Shown here: positions 54,082-64,000 of the stretch, piece by piece
Numbering within the stretch: position 1 is the stretch's first letter
Layout: each line of letters opens with the position of its first letter
Position numbers and translations under genes: made by a program
Notes under the pieces: model-generated
Databases searched by the model: none
What the model was told of the DNA's origin: nothing
What the model saw: only the letters and a program-made list of their open reading frames with translations
From: Octopus vulgaris
Taxonomy: Eukaryota
Assembly (NCBI GenBank): GCA_951406725.2
Contig: OX597832.1
Coordinates: forward strand, 34,038,001 to 34,102,000
Direction: 5' to 3'
Length of the DNA stretch: 64,000 nt

Positions 54082-55231
54082 TCTTGGTCGGACTCTGTTT
54101 AACAAGTTTACGAACATTTTATTACTCAGACTCTTAAACGCACGCATGCGCACTTACGTACACACGTACATAACCACATGAAATCGTAACGCACGCACAC
54201 ACACATACGAACATGAGTATGTGTGTGCTTATACACAGATATATATGTACGCACACACGTGCATATACACATGCATACATGTACATTTATACATATATGT
54301 ATGCATTTATGTATACACATGAATATATATATAGATATATACACGTGCATATATGCAAGCGTGGACGCATGTATATTTTTATATATGTATGTTTTTATGA
54401 ATATATATTCAAGTGTGTGTAGATATATTTTTGTATACACACATACGTAGCGCTGTGTATGTGTGAGAGTATGTTCAAGTGTGTGTGAAAGTAAATGGAT
54501 TTACGTCGTTTTCGACGATGACTGTTCAGTTGTCCAACAAACTGAAAAGACTAGTTATAGAACGAGTGAATAAATGGCTGTGTATTCCGGACATATATAC
54601 CCTTAAAATAATCCACGAGCAGAATCAGAGTAACATAGTGTGTGGAAAGGTTAGACGTTCGAATTACAGGTACAATCCGAGAGGCTTCCTTAAAGTTTCC
54701 ACCAACGTAACTTCAAGTACATGGCTTAGATTGACCTGGAGCTTTGGTAAGTAATTCTTGACAAAGATGCCAAGTTGTGGTTCGAATCTAGGGGCAACGG
54801 ACTGCCAAAGGGACTTGATAAACTTTTGACCATTGCAGCGAATAATGTGTGTTTCACCTTTTCGCTGTCTCCTCTGTTAATCCTTTACGATAGTCTTCCA
54901 GGGTTAACCATTTTTCTCCCCTACCTCACCCTAACACCAGTTTCTATTTATTTCACTTCGCGTTCTTCATGTCGTCCTCTTTCTTTTCGTCCTTATCCTT
55001 CGATCGGCCCCTTGAATTACATTTATACCTCATTTCTATGATTACTTTCTGTATCGCAGAGTTGTTTATTTCTTGTCTCTTCATTTTCTGTTTTGTTTGG
55101 TCCTTTTCTTTCTTTCCTTTGTAATTCAATCATTTCCTGACGGCGTTTTTTGGCTGGCCATTTCCCTTCTGCGCCACCACCATATTATTGTTAAGGCGGA
55201 AAATTACGTTTGACCTCTGGCCCGTAACGGA

Positions 55232-55248
55232 TGACCTTTTGCTGACCT
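55232..55248 (-). promoter_or_regulatory. Perfect DR5 nuclear-receptor element (AGGTCA-n5-AGGTCA)
   Basis: + strand TGACCT-TTTGC-TGACCT, with a third half-site at 55211 and an embedded AAAGGTCA. Function untested. Confidence 0.4.
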
Positions 55249-55760
55249 TCTGTGTCAGTTCCCCGATTGTTTATGCATATATTATTTGTTTCTAATTTAT
55301 TAATTAATGGAAGTAATTAATGGTAGTGATATTCAAATTAGATCGATATATCAGGTATGTTAGATACATGAAATGCCAAAAATGCATAAATATATACATA
55401 TAAAAGGTCCACTGACACAGAGAGCAAATGATATCGAGAATTAAAGAGGGGGGGGGAGGAAAATTTGTAATACCCCCCCCCCACCTTTAATCCTCTATAT
55501 CATTTGCATTTTTTGTATATATATATATATATATACAATTTTAAATATTAATCGGTTTAATTTGCTTATCCCTAAATTTACTTCTATACCCGTTCAAATT
55601 TGAATCTCTTGAGCACAACTAAGTGTATTCTATAAGGTTTTCTGCTCTTCAGAGGATTTTATCCTTTATATACACTGTTCAGTATTTACGTGTTGAAAAA
55701 AATATATTTCTGCTTCTTCTATGTATGTATGAGAGTATATGTATATATATATATATATAC

Positions 55761-55986
55761 ACTCTTTTACCTGTTTCAGTCATTTGACAGCGGCCATGCT
55801 GGAGCACCGCTTTTAGTAGAGAAAATCGACCCCACGACTTATTCTTTGTAAGCCTAGAACTTATTCTATCGAATTATTTTGCCGAACTGCTCAGTTACGG
55901 GGACATAAACATAACACCATCGGTTGTCAAGCGATGTTGGGGGAACAAACACAGACACACAAACATATACACACCCATATATAAAA

Positions 55987-56017
<31 letters not shown>

Positions 56018-56180
56018 CGACAGGCTTCTTTCAGTTCCCGTCTACCAAATCCACTCTCAAGGCTTTGGTCTGCCCGAGGCTATAGTAGAAGACACTTGCC
56101 CAAGGTGACACGCATTGAGACTGAATCCGGAACCATCTGGTTGGAAAGCAAACTACTTGCCACACAGCCACCTATGCGCC
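55761..56180 (-). mobile_element. tRNA-derived SINE family 1, near full length
   Basis: Reverse complement of 57229-57618, including the internal (TA)n. Confidence 0.9.
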
Positions 56181-57228
56181 GATATATATATATACACACA
56201 AGAACGCAAAACATCCGAACAACTAAATGATACAAAAAGGACAACAATACATCCAGATAGACGATACAAAAAAACAAGGACGTGCATTCGAAGCTTTTTA
56301 TCCTCAGTCAAGAACCGGATCATCCTCGCAATTTCGGCTGATTAATCTTGAGATTGCTCCAATCTGACCAGCCCCTACGAAAAACTAAGCTAAGAGCGTT
56401 AGATTCCTTGGAAAAATAGCATCGAATGTATACGAAAACAAGGACGGAAAAACAGACGATGTTACACGAATATAAGTACAAAAATACAATAATAATAATA
56501 ATAATAATAATAACAGAACATAACGTGTGTGTATGTATGTATGTAAGTATGTATGTACAGTTTCCGTTAAGCAAGTCCATTCAGAAGGCTTTAGCTATCG
56601 GGAGGCTTTAGTAGAACATATTTCTGCAAGGGTCCACGCTGAGGTGTTTAATCCGAGTGTGGTTGGGTAACGAAATTCTTAATCACTTAGCAATATGACG
56701 ACGTTTGTCTATGTATGTGACTACGGATGTACATATGTATGTGTGTGCATGTGAGTGTGTGTGTGTGTGCATGTTAGTGTGTGTGTGCGTGCGTGTATGC
56801 AGTTGAGTGTGTGTGCATGTGTGTATTTGTGTATGCACGCATATGTGGTGGGTATATAAATAAAGTGGTTATGTGTATAGACAGACAGATCGCTAGAGAG
56901 AAAGTGAGAGAGAGAAATTCTAGCTAATGGGAAAATCAGGTTTTGTGTATTGATTGGAAAATCAACAAATGACTAAACTTGGGATAATTATGATTTTTAA
57001 AGAGTATATATGTGCACGAGCGTATGTGTATTAATGAGTGTATACATACATACACACACATACACAGTAACGCACACACACTCTCACGCGTACACACATA
57101 TGCACACGCACATACACACACGTACACAAACAAGCACACGCACACGCACACACACGCACAAACACACGCACATATATGTGTGTGTGTGCGCGCACGTACA
57201 CATAAGTACATATAAACTATTACTTATA

Positions 57229-57618
57229 GGCGCAGGAGTGGCTGTGTGGTATGTAGCTTGCTTTATGGCCACATGGTTCCGGGTTCAGGCCCACTGCGTA
57301 GCACCTTGGGCGAGTGTCTTCTACTATAGCCTCGGACCAACCAAAGCCTTGTGAGTGGATTTGGTAGACGGAAGCTGAAAGAAGATCGTCGTATATATGT
57401 GTATATATGCATGTGTGTATGTTTGTCTGTGTTTGTCTCCTCTGTCGTCGCTTGACAACCGATGCTGGTGGATTTACGTCCCCGTAACATAGCTGTTCGG
57501 CAAAAGATACCGATAGAATAAGTACTAGGCTTACAAAGAATAAATCCGGGGTCGATTTGTTCGACTAAAGGTGGCGTTCCGGCATGGCCACAGTCAAATG
57601 ACTGAAAGAAATAAGAGA
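57229..57618 (+). mobile_element. tRNA-derived SINE family 1 (CORE-like), full length
   Basis: GGCGCAGGAGTGGCTGTGTGG A-box, GGTTCAG.CCC B-box, ACCTTGGGC.AGTGTCTT core, internal microsatellite, and tail CAAATGACTGAAA. About 10 copies or fragments in the window. Confidence 0.9.
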
Positions 57619-57625
57619 ATATGTA

Positions 57626-57664
<39 letters not shown>

Positions 57665-57675
<11 letters not shown>

Positions 57676-57970
57676 ACAACGGATTCTCCCGTCGAAGACG
57701 ACGTATGAGTGTACGGTTTTTGTCGAATGATTTGCACAAATGATTTGTTTGTGATGATGAAATATATGTGCCGCACATTAGCTCTCTCACTCCCTCCATC
57801 AAATCGACGTGGTCTGAACAGGTGCACAAGTGTGCCACGCGTCAGGTGTTAAAGTGATCGCAGAACAACGTGAGATGAAGTGGTTTTGCTCCAGAGCACA
57901 ATACAGCAACTGGTCTAGATAATAAACCCACGATCGTGGGTGCAACACACTAAGCACTAGGCCACACGCT
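57665..57970 (-). mobile_element. tRNA-derived SINE (family 3-related), degraded
   Basis: Minus strand starts GAGCGTGTGGCCTAGTG (A-box). Confidence 0.55.
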
Positions 57971-58200
57971 CTCACACCTACCTACACGCGCGGATGTGTG
58001 TGTGTGTGTGTGAGAGTGAGTGTGTGTGTGTGTGTGTGTGTATTTGAGACGTTACTTCTATTTCCAGTCTTCCATATTCACTCATTTGGCTATTGCAGAA
58101 AACACTTATCCAACAATGCTAATGTGTGACGCGTTAGGATTGAACCCGAAACTACGATGTTTTGACGTGAACGTATCAATACACAACTGCACATGTGCGA

Positions 58201-58242
<42 letters not shown>

Positions 58243-58837
58243 GTGAGTGTGTTTGTTAGTGTGCGTGATTATGCGTGTATATTCGTATGTGCACGTGCGT
58301 GTGTGTATATCTAATTTACATGTGCTTCTTTACCAGAGAACTTGCTTAACACCCGGGAGAAATCCTGCCTGGTTCGAATGCAGTGAACATGTCAAGTACA
58401 CTACACACACGTTTTACCACATGACCAAGTAGCCTTCCTGACGATCAACCAACGACTTCTAACAATCAATAATTGCAATATATAACTGCGTGCGTGATTT
58501 TTTTGGCTTTAAATGGGGAAACTATTTTCTTTGTCTGCAGAATACAGCGCTGCTGTATTAGTCACCCGAACACGTCATTCTCCGTTCTTCCGGTGGCAAT
58601 GTACAGCTTTTTTTACTCTCCGTACACTCTTCTTCAGTGGCCGAGGTTGTAATTAATGTGACATGAAAACACGGGTTGAAAATGTGAGTTAAAATGATAT
58701 ATTTGATATTAATTTAAAGAAGCATCTACCTGTACATAGAGATATTATATGTGTGTGTGTGTTTGTGCATGTATATATATATATATATAAATAAATGAAA
58801 GAATGGAGTTGAACGACGAATTAACAAAATTCCTTTA

Positions 58838-58919
58838 TTCTCGACATATGTTTCGAAGGTGCATATTCGTAATTTCGAAGGAATAAGGGGTGCATTATGC
58901 CGCCTTCTCATCAGGAAAA
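58838..58919 (-). ncRNA. Type I hammerhead ribozyme (left arm)
   Basis: Exact reverse complement of 59162-59243. Confidence 0.85.
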
Positions 58920-59161
58920 ACAAGGAACTTATGTCAGCATCAAGATGAACAAAAAATTTTAGATGACTGCCCACACGGAGCCCATAGCGATAATGAGTGT
59001 TTCTTTAAAATATTCCGTTATAAGCAGTGACGTCAAAAACGGTTTTTGACGTCACTGCTTATAACGGAATATTTTAAAGAAACACTCATTATCGCTATGG
59101 GCTCCGTGTGGGCAGTCATCTAAAATTTTTGTTCATCTTGATGCTGACATAAGTTCCTTGT

Positions 59162-59247
59162 TTTTCCTGATGAGAAGGCGGCATAATGCACCCCTTATTC
59201 CTTCGAAATTACGAATATGCACCTTCGAAACATATGTCGAGAATAAA
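59162..59247 (+). ncRNA. Type I hammerhead ribozyme (right arm)
   Basis: TTTTC-CTGATGA-GAAGG.GCATA...TATGC.CCTTC-GAAAC-ATAT-GTC-GAGAA. Canonical core, GUC cleavage triplet at 59236-59238, palindromic stem III ACATATGT, AATAAA at 59242. Confidence 0.85.
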
Positions 59248-59545
59248 GGAATTTTGTTAATTCGTCGTTCAACTCCATTCTTTCATTTATTTGTATTAAA
59301 AAAACACACAAATTTCCACACGAAAGCACGTGATTTCTGCCCTTGGCATGTAGCTTCAACCGTGTTTTTCTGACGTGAATTTGCTACCCAGATATCGGTT
59401 AACCGAATTATCCATAATAAGATAATTCATTCAACTACTCAAATATATATATATAATGTGTGTGTGTGTGTTGATATCTGTCTGAGTACATACGTATAGA
59501 CATCCAATCAAACATTGACATATGTTTGTGTGTCTGTATATATAT

Positions 59546-59589
<44 letters not shown>

Positions 59590-59592
<3 letters not shown>

Positions 59593-59765
59593 GGAGAGCT
59601 TACGAAAAAAACAAAAGACGAAGACAGGTAGTGTTGAAAACAAACAGATGTATTAGTATAACACTCGGGAGTAGAAAAAATCTTTTACGTTTCGAGCTCT
59701 TCTACAGAAAGGGACACAGAAAAAGACAAGGAGAGAAAAAATGTGCGTAGTGGCTAACGATCTAT
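59590..59765 (-). mobile_element. Short HHR-bearing element, family A
   Basis: Minus strand CCTTT-CTGTAGA-A-GAGCTC-GAAAC-GTA-AAAGA (stem II loop deleted). Confidence 0.75.
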
Positions 59766-60666
59766 CATATATATATATACACACGTGTGTTCATGTGTGT
59801 GTGTATACATACACATACAGGCATGTATAAATATATATATATATATATATATATGCGTGTGTGTGTGTGTGTAGGTAAAATGTCTTAATACATCCAGGCA
59901 CGTATCTAGAAAGTACTTAGTGTTCAGCAAACTTGGTTAACCATTACAAACAATCGGATACCAATAAATTCCAATCGAATTAACATCCAACGCAATTCCA
60001 CATGCATCACTTGTAAATCCAAATCTCGCTCAGAAGAATTTCATGAAATCTAGAGTAATCGACAACATAAAGAGGAATGGAGAAAATCGTCTCCTTTCAT
60101 TGATGATTCCATCATATTTAACCGACGACTGTTGCTGTTGAGCCAGTGTATTTAGATATAGAAGGTATAAAATCAGCAAGTGTGTGTATATGCTGAGAGT
60201 GAGAGATGGATGGATGGATTGAGGAAGGGAGGGGAGATAGATATGTAGAAATACAAGTGTTTGAGTTGTATGTTTGTGTGTTTACACAAAGATATATAGA
60301 AACGTGCGTGTGTGTATTTATGAATATATATGCATGTTTTATATTTTGATATATATGTTTTCGTTCCTTCCTTTTTTCTTCTGTTTTTCTAATATATATA
60401 TATAAATATATATAAATATATATAAATATAAATATAGATTAATATATATGTATATATATATAAATATATGTATATATATATATAAATATACGTTTAAATA
60501 TTTGTTGTGCAAGTTTTTTTATGTGAAGTCGTGTGTTGAAACAGATATTGTTGTATTTAGGAATGGTCATTTTGCCAGTTTAGCCAATAAAAACACACGC
60601 ACTATATATTTGGTGTTACTTTGCTTCAGTGTTATTTATTTTTAACATTAATCTTAATCTTATTTC

Positions 60667-60711
60667 GGCCAGAGTTCTTTCGTCACACTCCTGTGACCGC
60701 ATCAGTGGTCC
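60667..60711 (-). ncRNA. Hammerhead-like motif with CUGAUGC variant core, 3' of the Penelope-like ORF
   Basis: GGACCA-CTGATGC-G-GTCAC-AGGAGT-GTGAC-GAAAG-AA-CTC-TGGCC. 5-bp stem II; stem I 4/5. Confidence 0.6.
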
Positions 60712-60983
60712 TTTGTTTTCTTCTTACTTATTTGTGTCTCTCCTTACTAACCGTCAGCCATTTTGTATTTATATTGTATGTCTTCATTTGCGCATGCTTA
60801 TATCTCTATGTGCGTTTATGTTTATTTAGTGTGTGTATGTGGGGGATGCCTGTAATATTTGTATCTTCTGTTTATATATGTTCATGTAATTTGTATTTTG
60901 CATTTTGTTTTGTGTTTTTTGTTTTTGTTGTTTTTGTTTATTCTTATTTTGTTCATGTGTTTACATCCACCCATTATTATCAT

Positions 60984-61156
60984 TACATATGCTTGTATGT
61001 ATGTATGTATGTATGTATGTATAACAACAATACTAGTAATAATAATAATAAATTGAATCGAAAAAAAAAAAAATATATATATACATATACATATGCTTGT
61101 ATGTATGTATGTATGTATAACAACAATACTAGTAATAATAATAATAAATTGAATCG

Positions 61157-61202
<46 letters not shown>

Positions 61203-61290
61203 GCTTGTATGTATGCATGTATGTATAACAATACTAGTAATAATAAATTGAATCGAAAAAAAAAATATATATATATACATACATATATAT
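60984..61290. repeat. Three tandem copies of a ~90-110-bp compound unit
   Basis: Unit CATATGCTT(GTAT)n-AACAATACTAG(TAA)n-ATTGAATCG(A)n(TA)n. Confidence 0.9.
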
Positions 61291-61363
61291 ACATATAATT
61301 ATTTAATTCTATTAGTTTATTTATTTATCTGTGTATTTATTATGTTTTCAGGATCCTCTATCG

Positions 61364-62020
61364 TCATATGTTGTGGTGTGTGTTAGTGCTCCATTCTAGT
61401 TTTCTATTCAGGCTAGGTTTATTTTCTATTATGTGTGTAGCTTCTGTAATTTGTCTAATTGTTGCATCTGATCTATGTGTGGATAATATTTTAATTTCTA
61501 TGTTATTGATTGATCCCCCGTGTTCTTGTTCGGCGTGTTGGTACAGAATCGATGAGCTTTTACCTTCCTTGAGTTGTCTCCAATGCCCATTTACCCTCTC
61601 TCCTATGCTTCTTGCCGTTTCCCCTACGTATGTCGTTCTCTTGTTACTGCATCGTCCCTCTATACATCTTATACTATAGACTACATTTCTGGTTTTACAG
61701 TTTGTTTGTGGGCTAAATCTACATACAGTACAGTACTTATCCGTACAGGGGGGTCTTCTAAAAGGATAGGTTCTAACAATTATAGATTTGATAGGGTTGC
61801 CTGGCTTTTCAACAACCTTAATTCTTAGCTTAAGTTTGTCTAGGGTCCTTCTAAAGCGATACGCCATTTCACCTCCAGGGGTGGTGTCAACGAACATGAC
61901 ACTCTGGTATTTATGGCTATCATACCAAGAGTTGGCCTTCCCTATTTTCTTTTTTGTCCTTTCTATAGTGTTCCATGACTTGTTCCTATAGAGTGGGCAA
62001 ATACCATTCCTATCATTACA
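61364..62020 (-). mobile_element. 5'-truncated Penelope-like element (Naiad-type): RT C-terminus, Cys linker and GIY-YIG endonuclease
   Basis: PLYR..SWN..ER...WY...VMFVDTTPG...IKVVEK.G; C..C..C...C linker; NVVYSIRC..C..YVGETARS..ER..H..H..H..RQITEA..LNRKLEW. About 218 uninterrupted codons, truncated at (TA)n. Confidence 0.9.
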
Positions 62021-63140
62021 TAATATATATATATGTATATATATATATAAATATATAGACGCAAGCACGTAGATGCACACACACAAAAGTAAACTTTCAG
62101 GTGTAAAACAATGTGAGAAAAAAGTGTACTTGAATAACAAAAGTGAAGCAAAATACTGTTTTGTTAAAGCTAAAAACAATTTCTGACAAAGTGTTACTCA
62201 AACGTTCACAGATATAATAATACAGATTCTATATTATTAGTATTTTCTGATAAACGATTATATGTAACTCTGATTAACAGTTCGTGAAACTCTTTTCGCA
62301 AATGATTGATGAGGCCTCATGCAAATTAAATTTTCGTAGGCTCGCCAAATAAGTTATATAAACCTAGCACATAATGTTCATTGAACTTGGTGAGATAGGT
62401 TCGTTTGATGAGTCTACGAATGTTTATGCTGCATAGAACCGAATCGAACTCTGGTCCAAAAATATATGTAAATATATGTAATGTGTTGAATGCCCCCTTC
62501 TTTCGTTGTTCCACTCATTTGTAAACATATATGTGTATGTGTGTGCATGTATGTGTATATATGCATAGGTAGTGCAGTGGTTACACTTGGTTGTTCTAAT
62601 TTGATGAAAAAAACTCATTTTTGAGAACAGGAAATATATTCTGCGAAAAGCTCGCACAGAACAATGAGTTGGCAATCAATTTTAGAAGCTGGTTTTGGAA
62701 TCATTTCTTGAGGGTTGGTCATTTTGTGCAGTGTTGTTTGTTTGTGTGTGTGTTCTGGCAAAATGGGAAGTTGGAAAGGGAATGTGAATGGAAAAGATGA
62801 ATAATAGGAACTGAAAATGTAGAATATTTAGCAATGGGGGTCAAGCGGTGAAGGTTAGATGCAGAAATAGAGGGGAATGGCCAGTGGGGCATGGATAGAT
62901 TGATCCCTCAAACCCAATATATTATACACACAAACACATCAACTCCTCCCAAACTTTGCCAATGATAAGTTCACTTCCTCCATACACACATATATATATA
63001 TACGTATATACACACACACACATATATATATATACATATACACGCACACACACACACGCATATATATATATATACATATATATATACACACACACACATA
63101 TATATATATATATACATATACACACGCACGCACACACACG

Positions 63141-63189
<49 letters not shown>

Positions 63190-63667
63190 CTTAGATATGT
63201 TTCGACCAAAGATTGGTCCAGGCCATGTCTAACTTAATAGCACCACCTGATAGGATTATTTGAATCCTGTTTAAATCAAGTTTTGTTTATGGTCCATTCA
63301 AGTAGTGAGTTTTTGTTGGGTGAGTTGTATCCAATTATGGCTGGCTTAACTGGTATTCCTTGAAGGAATCTATCCAGACTCCGTTTAAAATTGATGGGAT
63401 CCTTTTCGTCTTTGATCTCCCTCGGGACAATGTTAAATAGGGCAGGGCCTGTTGAGGAAAACAAATTATGTTGCAGTGTACATGTATGTTGTGATCTTGA
63501 ATTGGGCAGGGAACGTATGGCCCGTGGTCCAAGTCTTGGATGAACCTTGAAGCTAATGTTTAGGTCGTTTGGGCAAAGTTGGCGGTATATTTTCCACATC
63601 GTACAAATGATGTACCGCTCACGGCGACGCTGGAGGGAGTAAAGTTTCAAGGCTTTAAGGCGATCCC

Positions 63668-63669
<2 letters not shown>
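63190..63669 (-). mobile_element. CR1-group LINE 3' end
   Basis: WDRLKALKLYSLQRRRERY...GPALFNIVP...FKRSLDRFL..IP..P...NSLLEW, then a 3' UTR hairpin and ATCTA. Confidence 0.9.
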
Positions 63670-63710
<41 letters not shown>

Positions 63711-64000
63711 TATATATATATATATATATATGTTATTTATAATCTTATATAGTGTTCACACGCGCATGTTTTACTTAAAATTTACTAATTATGTCCGCCT
63801 GTTATTTGATGTAGGAAAACGCCTGCAGTGTTAATCATTGCTTTATACCGATGTAGATTCGACCGAAGTCTCCAGACGTGTGATGTCACTTCATTTAAGA
63901 ATCCTACAATCAATCTGTCTTCATTAATTTTCCTTCCTCATTCAAATGATAAGGAATGAAAACCTCAAATTCTTTATTGCTCATGACAACAACAAAATTG

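Larger units (their letters stand above)
58789..59292. mobile_element. Near-perfect 504-bp palindrome with twin hammerhead ribozymes
   Basis: Arms 58789-59040 and 59042-59292 with a 1-nt centre. The only difference seen is a 1-nt indel in an A/T run. Confidence 0.95.

Noticed and set aside
58726-59373. Mirror ORFs (RRRHNAPLIPSKLR...) on both strands
   Set aside because: A consequence of the palindrome; short and with no recognisable domain.
60984-61290. Repeat-spacer-like array (CRISPR-like)
   Set aside because: The 'spacers' are microsatellites within a local tandem triplication; eukaryotic context, no cas genes.
61320-61370. Selenocysteine read-through or SECIS at the Penelope ORF TGA
   Set aside because: An in-frame TAG follows two codons later, and the ATGA..AA spacing does not fit a SECIS.

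Overview
This is AT-rich eukaryotic DNA saturated with microsatellites ((TA)n, (CA)n, (TC)n, (ATT)n). The repeat repertoire points to a coleoid cephalopod, most likely Octopus (inference). Almost all ORF-track entries are microsatellite artefacts, and there is no complete host gene. Supportable content: decayed mariner, pogo and Tc1-like DNA transposons; a non-autonomous Helitron, a Helentron-like element and a hAT MITE; LINE fragments (Dong/R4, Tx1/L1, CR1/Jockey-like, RTE); three tRNA-derived SINE families; a 5'-truncated Penelope-like element (Naiad-type) with an open GIY-YIG ORF; and a few weak exon candidates. The most striking signal is roughly 19 hammerhead-ribozyme (HHR)-like motifs found by eye, from several short element families inserted in (TA)n. 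Three palindromic elements (26.4, 29.7 and 58.8 kb) carry one outward-facing HHR per arm. Some motifs have core variants: CUGUNGA (recurrent) and CUGAUGC (one copy). A perfect DR5 nuclear-receptor element lies in a unique island at 55.2 kb. All calls are by eye; no folding or database search was run.
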